DNA from: Candidatus Ozemobacteraceae bacterium
Lineage (GTDB): Bacteria > Muiribacteriota > Ozemobacteria > Ozemobacterales > Ozemobacteraceae
DNA: 64,000 nucleotides
Assembly: GCA_965140445.1 (NCBI GenBank)
Contig: OZ223236.1
Location: forward strand, 5,024,001 to 5,088,000
Direction: 5' to 3'
Below are positions 30,257 to 41,002 of this stretch, piece after piece (positions within the stretch are counted from its first letter, which is position 1; each line of letters starts with the position of its first letter). Below the pieces are notes generated by a model, which was not told where the DNA came from, ran no database searches, and saw nothing but the letters and a program-made list of their open reading frames with translations. Position numbers and translations under genes: made by a program.

Positions 30257-31558
30257 CTATGCGGTAAAGAAAGCCTGCAAAGCTTGATACATCAATTTGT
30301 GATCATCAATTCCACACAATTCTCTGACTGAATGCATAGCCAGAATTGGTATGCCAACGTCCACTGAAGGAATATCAAGATGAGTTGAAGAAATAGGTCC
30401 TATTGTTGATCCACCGCGCATGTCAGATCTATTTACAAATCTCTGCGTTTTTAACCCAGCTTTAGCACAAATTTGCTCAAAAATTGATATTGAATGAGCA
30501 TCAGAGGTGTAGCTTCTGTTAGCGCTGACTTTTATAACTGGTCCACCGTTAATAAGCGGTCTGTTTGTAGGATCACATTTTGTCCCAAGATTTGGATGCA
30601 AAGCATGTGCCCCATCTGCTGAAACAATAAAGGAATTGGCGCAGGCTCTAAAAAAGCTCTCTTTATTCCCGCCTTGAATCTCTACGATTCTTTCAATGGT
30701 TCCAGCCAGGATGTTAGAATCTGCGCCCTGCCTGGTTGTGCTTCCAACTTCCTCGTTATCAAAACACGCCATCACACAGGTTTGCTTAGGCTTTTTCAAT
30801 TCTGAAAGGGCAAGAATCCCGGCATGAACAGCTTCCAGATCATCAATTCGTGAACACGAAATCAAACCATCAGCTGCACCGATGATTGCCCCTTTTTCAT
30901 GCTCATAAAGGAACAAATCAAAATCAAGAATCTCATCAACACCGATTTTCAACTCTGAAGCTAAAAGCTTTATCAAATACCCCTTAGCCTGCAGATTTTC
31001 ATTTATTGCTCCTAAGAAAGGAAGCATGTCTGTCTGTTGATTAAAAGCATAACCAGAATTAGCTTCGCGATTCATATGAATAGCAATATTTGGAATAATG
31101 CAAATAGGCTTATTAATATTTACCAGCTTCACCTTAGGAGCCAAAGCCGATTTCCCCTTTAACATCACCCTGCCAGCAATCGCTAGTGGCCGATCCATCC
31201 ATGTACTTAAAATCGGGCCGCCATAAACTTCTGTATTTAACTTCAGGTATTTCCCTTCTGCAACCATCTCCGGAGCAGGTTTTATTCGAAAACAAGGGGA
31301 GTCTGTGTGAGCACCAACAATCCTGAAACCGTTTTCCTCAACGTTTTTATTCCCGATAACAAAGGCGATTAGAGCAGAATCATTTCGGGAAAAGAAATAT
31401 CCTTTTCCTGACTGAAGCTTCCACTTTTCACCCTCTTGAAGTTCTACAAATTTTTTCTTCGTTAGTATTTTTTTTACCGATTCAACAGCATGGAAAGCCG
31501 TTGGGCTTGAGTAACAAAAATCAATTAAATTTTCTGCAAATTCTTTAGTCTTTATCAT
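30257..31558 (-). CDS. apeB: M18 family aspartyl aminopeptidase
   Basis: SPTAFHAV, GAHTDSP, WMDRPL, DNEEVGS, SADGAHALHPN, GGSTIGP, AMHSVRE; ATG 31558 follows AGGAG. Confidence 0.92.
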   Translation of the reverse strand: MIKTKEFAENLIDFCYSSPTAFHAVESVKKILTKKKFVELQEGEKWKLQSGKGYFFSRNDSALIAFVIGNKNVEENGFRIVGAHTDSPCFRIKPAPEMVAEGKYLKLNTEVYGGPILSTWMDRPLAIAGRVMLKGKSALAPKVKLVNINKPICIIPNIAIHMNREANSGYAFNQQTDMLPFLGAINENLQAKGYLIKLLASELKIGVDEILDFDLFLYEHEKGAIIGAADGLISCSRIDDLEAVHAGILALSELKKPKQTCVMACFDNEEVGSTTRQGADSNILAGTIERIVEIQGGNKESFFRACANSFIVSADGAHALHPNLGTKCDPTNRPLINGGPVIKVSANRSYTSDAHSISIFEQICAKAGLKTQRFVNRSDMRGGSTIGPISSTHLDIPSVDVGIPILAMHSVRELCGIDDHKLMYQALQAFFTA

Positions 31559-31638
31559 TCCGTCTCCTGTCATTAAACAGTCTTTGCTAGATATTAGCAC
31601 AATCTTTATTCATAGTCCTGTTTTTCAAACTTCGCCCT

Positions 31639-31665
31639 TAATAAAAATGATTTTGAGGCCGATAT
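31639..31665 (+). promoter_or_regulatory. Sigma28 (FliA/SigD)-type promoter
   Basis: TAAT-N15-GCCGATAT upstream of 31706. Confidence 0.6.
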
Positions 31666-31705
31666 AAATCAAAGATAAACAAAAAAAATCTTAGGTAAAC
31701 AAATT

Positions 31706-32092
31706 ATGACAAATATCGATTCCGTACAACGTAGTTTAGATGGTTTCTTTCCAGTCAGCGAAAATGCAAAGAAAATTGAAGTTTCAATTTATTCCGCCAA
31801 ACAAATCGATCGCTTTGAAAAGCAGCCAAACGAAAGTATAGCTACGCAAAGCAATATGAATAAAATGTCTCCTGCTGATCAATACAAATATATGGAAAAT
31901 CCTCAACGATATCTGGAATCCGCTAAACTTAAAAACAATCTTGGCGATCCCTATGGAACCCTTGCTGCGGCAAATTCTGTTATTCGCAAAGCTCTTCTGC
32001 CACCGGTAATTTCAAACCCTAACCGATCAGAACTAATCCAGGCATTGCAACTTAAACAATTGGCTGAAAGTCGACTGGATAAAGCTGCCTGA
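31706..32092 (+). CDS. Hypothetical protein with SprA-related-like C-terminal helices
   Basis: GDPYGTLAAANSVIRKALLPPVISNPNRSELIQA resembles the DP..T..KA..I..AALAP..PS..DR..A pattern of SprA-related proteins. Confidence 0.6.
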   Translation: MTNIDSVQRSLDGFFPVSENAKKIEVSIYSAKQIDRFEKQPNESIATQSNMNKMSPADQYKYMENPQRYLESAKLKNNLGDPYGTLAAANSVIRKALLPPVISNPNRSELIQALQLKQLAESRLDKAA

Positions 32093-32099
32093 TACCTCT

Positions 32100-33089
32100 C
32101 TAGCGTCTTGAAAAAATTTCAAAAGCTACCGACAAAAGTGGTATAAGCACTGCTGAAAACAATCCAACAATTTTTTTGACCTCAAACGGCCAGGTATTAG
32201 CCTCTTCTACAAAGGCCCTTATAGATATCAGACGACTTAATCGGTTTACCTCTTCATCATCAGTTTTCTCTTTGCTGATAATTACATTAATCTCTGAGTT
32301 CAAACGTAGGATACATGCTTCTTTTTGCTGCAAAATTGATTTATGAAAATTAAAAAGGGGCCAGATTAGATAAATCATTATTGATACTGCAAAGATTGAA
32401 AACCATAAAATTAGAAACATGTTCATTTCCCAATCACCAAAAAATCTGGCAATAATTCCCAGCGTGTAAGGAACAATAGCAAACAAAGCAGTACGCAGAT
32501 GGATTTTGCCAAGCCTCATCAAACCAGAATTTTTGTTTTGGATTAGATCTATCTTGAGATCTTCATTGCTCAGCTCATGGATAAAAAATGCAAAACGCAG
32601 AATTATGCAGATTGCAGCCAGACTCCAGAATAAATAGAAAAATTCAAAAACAAGATAAGTAATTTTTGCGTAATAGGCTTTAAAAGGCAGGCCTACCAGG
32701 TAATAATCTCCAAAAACCGCAATAAAACAAAAGAATAAAGCAAACAGAATGGGAGCACGAGGTTCAAATATTGTATTCGCCTTTCCTTTGATATACTCTA
32801 TGGACTTTTTCTGGGTCCAGCCGGTAAGCTTGGGCAACTCTTCTGCAAACCCGTAGAGAAGATCTTCCATCCAGACAATTCCTGAACCAGAAAAAGCCAT
32901 TTTTATCCCATAAAGCATATAAGAAAAAATATAAATACTATTTTCATTGAATTGCAACCAGGCAAACTGAACAATAATCATACTGAGAGCGGAAAATAAG
33001 AAATAAAAAACCCAGTAGTTTTTTATTGGAAATTTGTTAAAAAACCTTGCTTGAAATGAAACTCGGTCAGCGGCTGCAACAGTGGCCAA
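32100..33089 (-). CDS. Hypothetical polytopic membrane protein
   Basis: About 7 hydrophobic segments; C-terminal TWPF motif. Confidence 0.75.
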   Translation of the reverse strand: MATVAAADRVSFQARFFNKFPIKNYWVFYFLFSALSMIIVQFAWLQFNENSIYIFSYMLYGIKMAFSGSGIVWMEDLLYGFAEELPKLTGWTQKKSIEYIKGKANTIFEPRAPILFALFFCFIAVFGDYYLVGLPFKAYYAKITYLVFEFFYLFWSLAAICIILRFAFFIHELSNEDLKIDLIQNKNSGLMRLGKIHLRTALFAIVPYTLGIIARFFGDWEMNMFLILWFSIFAVSIMIYLIWPLFNFHKSILQQKEACILRLNSEINVIISKEKTDDEEVNRLSRLISIRAFVEEANTWPFEVKKIVGLFSAVLIPLLSVAFEIFSRR

Positions 33090-33176
33090 AATTTCCCCCC
33101 TCGAAAATAAAACCTAATAGGCAATTTGCCACAAAGTCAGCGATAAAACAATTTTTTTAACATTTTGCCTCTAGTT

Positions 33177-34271
33177 CTAATCAGATACTTTTTTAAATTT
33201 AGCTCCAGCTATAGAAATAAACAAAACTGCCAAAATGCATTGTATAAGTAAAGGTTGCCAAACTTCTCCAAAGGTGGATCCCTTTACAATAACCCCTATA
33301 AACACTTGCAGAAACCAGCGCAATGGATTCAAACAAGTCAAATATTGAACAATATCCGGCATATTTCTTATGGGAAATAACAACCCAGAAAGCATGACGC
33401 TAGGCAACATAAAGAAAAACGAGGTCAAAAGTGCTTGCTGCTGAGTTGATGAAATAACGCTGATAAATAAAGCTCCACCAAGATTGCCGCACACGAATAC
33501 TGCCGTAGAAAGGTAAATTAGTAACCAGCTTCCTTTCACTGTAATTCCATAAAAAGTAAAAGCCGCCAGAAGCATTATTGTCATTGTAATACAACCAACT
33601 CCAAGATACGGGAGAGTTTTCCCGATAATAAATTCAAACCTCGTGATAGGAGTAACCATCAGCTGCTCAATAGTTCCAGCTTCTTTTTCCTTAACAATAG
33701 CAATTGAAGCCAATAGAAAAGAGATTAATACCAACATTATCCCAACTAATCCTGGAACATAATAGAATCTGCTCTCAAAGTTAGGGTTAAACCATGCTCT
33801 TGCGTCCAGCACAACCAGGCTGGATGGATTCCTTTTCTCAAGAAAAGTCCCAAGAATCATTGAAGCATATCCCTGAATCAAACCAGCATCATTACTATTT
33901 GTTCCGTCTGTAATAATTTGAATTTTTCCAACTTCTCCTTTTAAAACTTTAGTGGAAAAGTTTTCAGGAATTTTCAAAACAGCTCTGAATTTGCCTGAAT
34001 CCATGCCCGCTTTAATTTGCTCTTCAGAATCAAGATACTCTTTAACAACAAAGTGTTCCCCCGAAGAGAGCGTAGAAATGAAATCGCGACTGAGCACACT
34101 TCTGGAGTGGTCCAGAATTCCTAACTGCACCCCTTTGAGCTCTAACACAAAAGCTTGAGCAAGAACAACAATCTGAATCACAGGAAAAACAAGAATGATC
34201 ATCCTCATTCTAGGATCACGAAAAAGTTCTAAAAATTCTTTTATAAATAGTTGTTTTAATCTTGAAAACAT
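33177..34271 (-). CDS. ybhR: ABC-2 transporter permease (YbhR-like)
   Basis: KEFLELFRD, WFNPN, KEKEAGTIEQLMVTP; operon position. Confidence 0.88.
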   Translation of the reverse strand: MFSRLKQLFIKEFLELFRDPRMRMIILVFPVIQIVVLAQAFVLELKGVQLGILDHSRSVLSRDFISTLSSGEHFVVKEYLDSEEQIKAGMDSGKFRAVLKIPENFSTKVLKGEVGKIQIITDGTNSNDAGLIQGYASMILGTFLEKRNPSSLVVLDARAWFNPNFESRFYYVPGLVGIMLVLISFLLASIAIVKEKEAGTIEQLMVTPITRFEFIIGKTLPYLGVGCITMTIMLLAAFTFYGITVKGSWLLIYLSTAVFVCGNLGGALFISVISSTQQQALLTSFFFMLPSVMLSGLLFPIRNMPDIVQYLTCLNPLRWFLQVFIGVIVKGSTFGEVWQPLLIQCILAVLFISIAGAKFKKVSD

Positions 34272-34277
34272 ATGTTG

Positions 34278-35408
34278 CTATTCCATTTTTAAACGTAGGC
34301 TTTTATGAGCAAGCATAAACATTAGAAAAGCATAAAAAACCATTATCAAAGCATTGCCTATGATTATTTCCAATCCAACTCCCTTTAAGAAAATGCTTTT
34401 CAAAATGCTTATATAATACCTTGCCGGTACAATGTGGCTGAGATTTTGCAAAAACCTTGGCATATTATCAATTGAAAAAACAAATCCGCTAAGAAAAAGC
34501 GTTGGCAAATAGCTTATAATCAGTGCTGTCTGGTTTGCTATAACCTGTTTTTTTAATCTAATACTAATGAGTAAACCTAAGAACAAAGATCCAGAAAGAA
34601 AGAAGCTGGAAACAATAAATAGTAAACCAATACTGCCTCTAAGAGGAACGCCAAACAAAAACCGGCCCAGAACTACAGAAATCAGCAAGTCCAAAAATCC
34701 AATCAAAAAATACGGAAAAACTTTGCCAAGAATTAGCTCTACACCCGCGACGGGAGTGCTGATAAGCTGTTCCATCGTTCCGGTTTCCCATTCTCTCGCA
34801 ATAGTAACGCTGGTAAGCATTGCTGAAATAATAATCATAACTATGGCAATTACTCCAGGAACAATAACATGACGACTTCTTAAATCCTGATTATACCAGG
34901 CTCTTGGTTGCAATTCGATTCTTGTGGGCGTTTTATGTGTTCTTGCGGAATTGATTCTTAGAGATATGTTTGAGTTAAAAATTGTCGACACAACAAGGGC
35001 ATAATTTTGAACAAAACGTGCAGTATTAGCTTCACTTCCATCAATGATTGCCTGAAGTTTTACCTGTCTTCCGCTTTTTATCTGGCTAGAAAAATTTGCA
35101 GGAATGACAATAGCAATTAAAGCTTTGCCTGATCCAATCCCATTTTCTATTTCCCGATAGTTGTCTACTCTTTTGACAATTCTGAAATAAGGAGAGCCTT
35201 CAAGCAAACTTTGAAAATCCCGACTTAAAGGGGTTCCGGATTGATCCCAAACTATAGTGGGAACATCTGTCAAATCCATATTCAAAGCATACCCAAAAAG
35301 TAAAAGTAGTAATACAGGAATTGCAAGAGAAATACCGAGGCTACGCCAATCTCTAACAACATGAATACACTCTTTAACAGCTACTGCTTTTAAAATTCTC
35401 CATTTCAT
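34278..35408 (-). CDS. ybhS: ABC-2 transporter permease (YbhS-like)
   Basis: KECIHVVRD, WYNQDL, AREWETGTMEQLISTP. Confidence 0.88.
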   Translation of the reverse strand: MKWRILKAVAVKECIHVVRDWRSLGISLAIPVLLLLLFGYALNMDLTDVPTIVWDQSGTPLSRDFQSLLEGSPYFRIVKRVDNYREIENGIGSGKALIAIVIPANFSSQIKSGRQVKLQAIIDGSEANTARFVQNYALVVSTIFNSNISLRINSARTHKTPTRIELQPRAWYNQDLRSRHVIVPGVIAIVMIIISAMLTSVTIAREWETGTMEQLISTPVAGVELILGKVFPYFLIGFLDLLISVVLGRFLFGVPLRGSIGLLFIVSSFFLSGSLFLGLLISIRLKKQVIANQTALIISYLPTLFLSGFVFSIDNMPRFLQNLSHIVPARYYISILKSIFLKGVGLEIIIGNALIMVFYAFLMFMLAHKSLRLKME

Positions 35409-37342
35409 TGCTGAAACTCCTGATCTTGCTTTTCCTCTGCAATACCAGCAAGAAAAACAAATACATCTTCCATTCCCGGGGAAATTTCACTAAAGGCAGC
35501 CTCTAACCCCATTCTATGAAGTAGACTCTTTATTTTTTCTTCATTATTTTCTTCTGGCGCTACAACAATGTGGATTCCAGCTCCAAACAAATACGCCTCT
35601 TTAATAAAATCTTCCTGCCGCAAATCCTTCAGAATCTTATTGTCACCAGGCATTTTTAAATTAAACACCTGATCATTCATGCTGTTTGCTTTAAGCTCAT
35701 CAGGGGTTCCCACTGCCATTAGACGCCCCTTGTTTATAAATGCAATTTTTTCACAGTATTCTGCTTCTTCCATGTAATGGGTAGTAACAAAAACTGTAAC
35801 CCCTGCATTGGATAGCTCATAAATAAGGTTCCAAAACTGTCTTCTGGTTAATGGATCAACGCCGCTGGTTGGTTCATCCAGAAAAACGATTGAAGGTTTG
35901 TGCAATAGGCTGCAGGCCAACGCCAACCTCTGTCTGAATCCAAGGCTTAATACAGAAACTTTAGAGTCCTGTAAACCTTCAAGCTTGGCCAATTGAATAG
36001 CCCATTCTTTTCGTGACTCCAAAATTTCGCCTTCAAGACCATAAATGCCGCCATAAAATCTAATATTCTCTGCAACGGTTAAATCCTGATATAAGGAAAA
36101 TTTCTGGCTCATGTAGCCGATTCTTTCCTTTATTTTTTCAGATGAATTTAGAACATCCAGTCCCGAAACTTGTCCCACCCCTGAAGTTGGCAGAAGAAGC
36201 CCGCAAAGCATCCTGATCGTAGTGCTTTTGCCAGCACCATTCGGCCCCAGAAATCCAAAAATTTCACCGGGCTTAACTTTCAGATTAAGACCTTCGACAG
36301 CAACAAAATCTCCAAATTGCTTTTTCAGGTCTTTCACTCTGACCGAAAACTCACTATTGGTTTCCAGATCCGGGCTCCAAAATTCCACCGGAACAAATTT
36401 TTCCCAGTTGCCATTTCGTTCAATCAAATCTACAAATACATCCTCTAATCGGATTTCCGTTTCACCAAGCCAGATGCCCTTATCAGAAAGAGCCAAAGCA
36501 GTAGAGTTTAACAATTCTCTTGCTTCATTTTTTCCTGAAAACATTCGAACTTGAATTAAATCTCCGACCAATCTGAACCAGCTCTCTCCACCACGCTTTG
36601 AAAGCTCACTAAAAAGTTTCCTGGGATTTTCAGCTTTAAAACTCTGGAGCGTAAAATCACTCTTAGACTTAATTTCTGATGGATCTCCCATTTCCAGGAA
36701 GCTCCCTTCATGTATCAAAGCAATACGGTGACATCTTTCTGCTTCATCTAAATATGAGGTCGAAACGAGAATAGATACGTCTTTTTCCAGCAATCCCTGC
36801 AACATTCTCCAAAAATCTCTTCGACTTACGGGATCTACTCCATTAGTTGGTTCATCAAGAATAAGCACTTCCGGGTCATGAATTAAAGCGCATACCAACT
36901 GTAATTTTTGCTTCATTCCACCAGACAACCGACCCGCTAACCTCTTTTTAAAAGGGTGCATATAGCTAAATCTGAGCAACTCATCAATACGTTCTTTTAA
37001 ACCTACTTCTTCTACCTCGAAAATTTCAGCATAGAATCTGACATTTTCTTCCACAGTTAAGTCTGGATATAGACCAAACCCTTGGCTCATATACGCAATT
37101 CTGGATTTAGTTGACTCAGTTGCTGAGAAAATGTCCTTTCCCAGTATCTGAACAGAACCGGAATTTGGCTCCATGATCCCAGCAATAATTCTAAGAGCAG
37201 TAGACTTTCCCGCCCCGTCAGGGCCTACAAGTCCAAAGATTTCTCCTTTTCGTATTTCTAGAGAAATATTTTTAAGAACTGATTTTTCAGCAAAAGATTT
37301 ACTTAGCTTCTCTGCTCTTATCGCGAAATTATGACTGTCCAT
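35405..37342 (-). CDS. ybhF: ABC transporter ATP-binding protein with two NBDs (YbhF-like)
   Basis: Walker A GPDGAGKS and GPNGAGKS; LSGGMKQ; two DEPT motifs. Confidence 0.92.
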   Translation of the reverse strand: MDSHNFAIRAEKLSKSFAEKSVLKNISLEIRKGEIFGLVGPDGAGKSTALRIIAGIMEPNSGSVQILGKDIFSATESTKSRIAYMSQGFGLYPDLTVEENVRFYAEIFEVEEVGLKERIDELLRFSYMHPFKKRLAGRLSGGMKQKLQLVCALIHDPEVLILDEPTNGVDPVSRRDFWRMLQGLLEKDVSILVSTSYLDEAERCHRIALIHEGSFLEMGDPSEIKSKSDFTLQSFKAENPRKLFSELSKRGGESWFRLVGDLIQVRMFSGKNEARELLNSTALALSDKGIWLGETEIRLEDVFVDLIERNGNWEKFVPVEFWSPDLETNSEFSVRVKDLKKQFGDFVAVEGLNLKVKPGEIFGFLGPNGAGKSTTIRMLCGLLLPTSGVGQVSGLDVLNSSEKIKERIGYMSQKFSLYQDLTVAENIRFYGGIYGLEGEILESRKEWAIQLAKLEGLQDSKVSVLSLGFRQRLALACSLLHKPSIVFLDEPTSGVDPLTRRQFWNLIYELSNAGVTVFVTTHYMEEAEYCEKIAFINKGRLMAVGTPDELKANSMNDQVFNLKMPGDNKILKDLRQEDFIKEAYLFGAGIHIVVAPEENNEEKIKSLLHRMGLEAAFSEISPGMEDVFVFLAGIAEEKQDQEFQQ

Positions 37343-38520
37343 TATTCTATTTCCAATTCACCATCCACAGGCATTCCTGGCTTAAACTTCCGCTCAGCGT
37401 TATTCAAATTGACTTTGACTCTATAAACGAGCTTTACTCTCTCTTCTGAGGTTTGAACACTTTTTGGAGTGAATTCCGATTGGGAGCTGATAAAAGTGAT
37501 CTGTCCTTCGAATTTTTCTCCCGGGAAAGTATCACAGAAAACAGCAACTTTCTGCCCCAACTTAACGTGCCCAATTTTCGTTTCATTAACATATCCACGC
37601 ATCCAGACATTATCCAGGTTTCCGACGCTTAAAACAGTTTTGCCGGGTATCATGTATTCACCAATTTCAGCACCTTCGGATAAAACAACTCCATCCATAG
37701 GCGAACTCAAGCTTAAATAGCTTTCGTTTAACATTGCAGCGTCTAGCGAGGCACTAGCAAGCATCACCCGTGCTTTTCCACGGTCAAGCTGTTCTTTTCG
37801 TGAACCATTTTTCAAACTCTCATATTTTGCTTCAACAATCTTCAGAGATTGACGTGCTTTATCAATCTCTTCGCTTCGCGTTCCCTCTTCCATTAAGTTA
37901 AGTTGGTTTTTTGCTGAATTATAGCTGGCCTGCGCCGATTTCTGATTCTCCAGAGCAGTTTTATAAATGGTCAAATAATTTATATATTCCCTTTCTCCAA
38001 TAGCTCCGGCTGAAAATAGATTTGAATAACGTTTTTCATCTTTTAAAGCCTTTTGAAGACTTGCGGTGGAAGAATCGAGCCTGGCTTTTGCCCCCGCCAG
38101 ATTTTCTCTGGCCGATCTAACCTCTTGATGCCTTGGTCCATTTTCCAACTGTTGGAGTTGAATTTTAGCTCGCTGAACTTCTGCAGCTGCTTGAATTCTA
38201 TCTTCAATCCTTGCTCCAGCCTCAAGTTCAGCTAATGTAGCCCTTTCAATGCTTAACTGTGCCATAGCTTTATCAACTTGAATTTTTACTTCATCGGCAT
38301 CCAGCTCAGCCAGCAAATCGCCCTTATTAATAAAGTCGCCTTCAGAAAAATTTCTTTTGCTCAAAACGCCCGGAATCCTGAAAGACAGATTCACTTCATC
38401 AATTTCAACATTTCCAGAAAACCTTATCCTTGAATCAGAGCCGTTTTCTGAGTAAATAGAAAACTTCAAAAAGAAAAGCAATACCAGGATTAAAATAAAC
38501 ACAGGAATAATTTTTTTCAT
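37342..38520 (-). CDS. ybhG: HlyD-family membrane fusion protein (YbhG-like)
   Basis: N-terminal TM, coiled-coil, EFTPKSVQT and KPGMPVD motifs. Confidence 0.9.
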   Translation of the reverse strand: MKKIIPVFILILVLLFFLKFSIYSENGSDSRIRFSGNVEIDEVNLSFRIPGVLSKRNFSEGDFINKGDLLAELDADEVKIQVDKAMAQLSIERATLAELEAGARIEDRIQAAAEVQRAKIQLQQLENGPRHQEVRSARENLAGAKARLDSSTASLQKALKDEKRYSNLFSAGAIGEREYINYLTIYKTALENQKSAQASYNSAKNQLNLMEEGTRSEEIDKARQSLKIVEAKYESLKNGSRKEQLDRGKARVMLASASLDAAMLNESYLSLSSPMDGVVLSEGAEIGEYMIPGKTVLSVGNLDNVWMRGYVNETKIGHVKLGQKVAVFCDTFPGEKFEGQITFISSQSEFTPKSVQTSEERVKLVYRVKVNLNNAERKFKPGMPVDGELEIE

Positions 38521-38521
38521 A

Positions 38522-39160
38522 CTAAGCTTCCTTTGAAATTAGATGATTCAGACCACCAATAGAAAAATCAAAAATATGGTCAGTAATTGATTCAACGTTT
38601 GCAGGACCATTGTCAGAAACTTTCAACAAAGGAAGTATTCTTTGAGCAATTGCATAGTGGAAACACTGGCCAATAATAGAGATTGCAGAACGGGTCAAAC
38701 GCCTGTCCGATTTAGGTAGACCAGAAATAGTGGAAATTAAACTGACGAGATATTCTTTTTGCTTAAACTGATAACTAATAAAAAATTCTTTAAAGACCTC
38801 AGATGGTCCCAAAATTTCAGACAACAAAAGCTTTCCTACCCAACTTTTGTCCGGATCATTAAAAAAACTATTTAGTCTTTTAAAAAACGAAGAAATAAAA
38901 ACCTTCAATTTCGTTTCAGGTGGCAAATTCAAGTTATCTTCAGAAATAGTAGGATACTTTTCAAGAATTGAAATGAGGTATACCTCGATGACCTTTTTAT
39001 ACAAGCCTTCTTTGTCTCTGAAGTGATAGTTCACTGACCCAAGACTCTGATTTGCCTGCTTACAGATTTCTCTTACCGTTGCCCCTTTAAAACCTTTTAT
39101 GGCAAATATTTCACCAGCGGTTTTTATCAATTCAGCTTTTGTCTTCTCAGCCCCGTTCAT
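38522..39160 (-). CDS. cecR: TetR-family regulator (CecR/YbiH-like)
   Basis: HTH AGEIFAIKGFKGATVREIC...VNYHFRDKEGLY; DUF1956-type C-terminus (SIIGQC, DFSIGGL); ATG 39160 after GAGG. Confidence 0.82.
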   Translation of the reverse strand: MNGAEKTKAELIKTAGEIFAIKGFKGATVREICKQANQSLGSVNYHFRDKEGLYKKVIEVYLISILEKYPTISEDNLNLPPETKLKVFISSFFKRLNSFFNDPDKSWVGKLLLSEILGPSEVFKEFFISYQFKQKEYLVSLISTISGLPKSDRRLTRSAISIIGQCFHYAIAQRILPLLKVSDNGPANVESITDHIFDFSIGGLNHLISKEA

Positions 39161-39188
39161 TTCTAACCTCGCTAACTTTTTTGCCAAT

Positions 39189-39217
39189 TTGAACACTTGT
39201 TTTGAACATTTGTTCAA
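39189..39217. promoter_or_regulatory. Tandem palindromic operator, probably bound by the TetR regulator
   Basis: Perfect TTGAACA-tt-TGTTCAA (39202-39217) overlapping an imperfect copy TTGAACA-ct-TGTTTTG (39189-39204) just upstream of the TetR gene. Confidence 0.7.
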
Positions 39218-39340
39218 TTTTAATATAAACGCTTTTTTCAATATCGGCAACAAAAACTTTCAACAATAGCTCCAATTTGACCTGCAACCCCTTTTCAGGT
39301 ATAGTCGTGCTCTGACAAATTTCCTGACCAGGGGTTCCAA

Positions 39341-40927
39341 ATGACAAAGCAATTTGAAAAAGAAGTAAATAAAAGAAGATGTTTCGGAATTATCAGCCAT
39401 CCAGATGCTGGTAAAACGACCCTGACAGAAAAACTCCTGCTGTTTGGCGGTGCAATTCAGATGGCCGGCGCAATCAAAGCTAGAAAAGCTGACAGACACG
39501 CAACTAGCGATTGGATGGCAATTGAGCAGGAAAGAGGGATCTCCGTAACAACCTCGGTGATGAAATTTGACTATCGGGACTACGAAATAAATCTATTAGA
39601 CACGCCTGGCCATCAGGACTTTTCTGAAGACACATACAGAGTTCTTACTGCTGTAGACAGCGCACTTATGGTTATAGATAGCGTTAAAGGCGTTGAATCC
39701 CAAACAGAAAAGCTAATGTCTATCTGTCGTATGCGAAATACACCGATTATGACATTTATCAACAAACTTGACCGCGAAGGCCGCATGCCACTGGAGCTTC
39801 TCCAGGAAATCGAAGACAAGCTCCAGGTAGAATGCTCACCACTTTCCTGGCCCATAGGCATGGGAAAATCTTTCAGGGGCGTTTACAATCTTTACAAAAA
39901 AGAAGTAATTCTTTTTAAGCCAGGGCAAATAAGAAAGCCACAAGACAACATTAAGATTTCTGATATTGATGATCCCAAATTGGATGAAATCCTTGGCTCT
40001 CAGGCAAATGAATTACGTGACGATATCGAACTTCTTGAAGGTGCCGCTAATCCGTTCGATCTCGATCATTATCTAAAAGGCAATCAAACACCAGTTTTCT
40101 TCGGCAGTGCCGTTAACAACTTTGGAGTCCAGGAATTGCTGGATGCTTTTGTAGAAATGTCTCCCCCGCCAAGGCCAAGAAAAACTGAAACAAGAGAAGT
40201 TTCGCCCTATGAAACTGATTTTACTGGATTTGCTTTCAAGATTCAGGCCAACATGGACCTTGCTCATAGAGACAGAATTGCCTTTGTTCGAATCTGTTCC
40301 GGAAAATTCACCAAAGGCATGAAAGTAATGCATCACCGGATTGGAAAGCCGATTTCCTTCAACAACGCTACTATTTTTATGGCACAGGATAGAAAAAACA
40401 TTGAAGAAGCCTATCCTGGCGACATCATTGGAATTCATAACCGCGGAACCATAAAAATTGGTGATACATTCTCAATAAAAGAGCCAATTAAATTTACGGG
40501 AATCCCCAATTTTGCTCCAGAAATCTTTAAAAGAGTAATTTTAAAAAACCCGCTAAAATCCAAACAACTTCAAAAAGGACTTCTGCAGCTCTCAGAAGAA
40601 GGTGCTGTGCAAGTTTTCAGACCACTGCTCGGAAATGATTTCATTCTAGGCGCGGTTGGAGTTTTGCAGTTTGACGTAACAATGGCTCGCCTAAAAACTG
40701 AATATGGGGTTGATGCAATCTACGAAACCGTTGACTATTCAACCGCGCGATGGATAGAAAGTGAAAATGTAAGCAATCTTGAAGAATTTAAAAAACGCTA
40801 TAAAGTTAGTCTGGCACTAGACACAGCCGATGCTTTAACATTCCTGGCTCCAGATAAGTGGAGACTGAACTATGTCATGAAAGAGTGGCCGGAAATTAAA
40901 TTCAACGAAACCAGAGAGCACGAATAA
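39341..40927 (+). CDS. prfC: Peptide chain release factor 3
   Basis: [46 protein letters not shown]. Confidence 0.98.
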   Translation: MTKQFEKEVNKRRCFGIISHPDAGKTTLTEKLLLFGGAIQMAGAIKARKADRHATSDWMAIEQERGISVTTSVMKFDYRDYEINLLDTPGHQDFSEDTYRVLTAVDSALMVIDSVKGVESQTEKLMSICRMRNTPIMTFINKLDREGRMPLELLQEIEDKLQVECSPLSWPIGMGKSFRGVYNLYKKEVILFKPGQIRKPQDNIKISDIDDPKLDEILGSQANELRDDIELLEGAANPFDLDHYLKGNQTPVFFGSAVNNFGVQELLDAFVEMSPPPRPRKTETREVSPYETDFTGFAFKIQANMDLAHRDRIAFVRICSGKFTKGMKVMHHRIGKPISFNNATIFMAQDRKNIEEAYPGDIIGIHNRGTIKIGDTFSIKEPIKFTGIPNFAPEIFKRVILKNPLKSKQLQKGLLQLSEEGAVQVFRPLLGNDFILGAVGVLQFDVTMARLKTEYGVDAIYETVDYSTARWIESENVSNLEEFKKRYKVSLALDTADALTFLAPDKWRLNYVMKEWPEIKFNETREHE

Positions 40928-40943
40928 TCCAAGTCTTTCCCAT

Positions 40944-40971
40944 TAAATTCATTTCCAGAAAATGCCGATAT
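40944..40971 (+). promoter_or_regulatory. Sigma28 (FliA/SigD)-type promoter
   Basis: TAAA-N16-GCCGATAT. Confidence 0.7.
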
Positions 40972-41002
40972 ATAAATTAGAAGTAATTTCTGGAGGCGAA
41001 TC

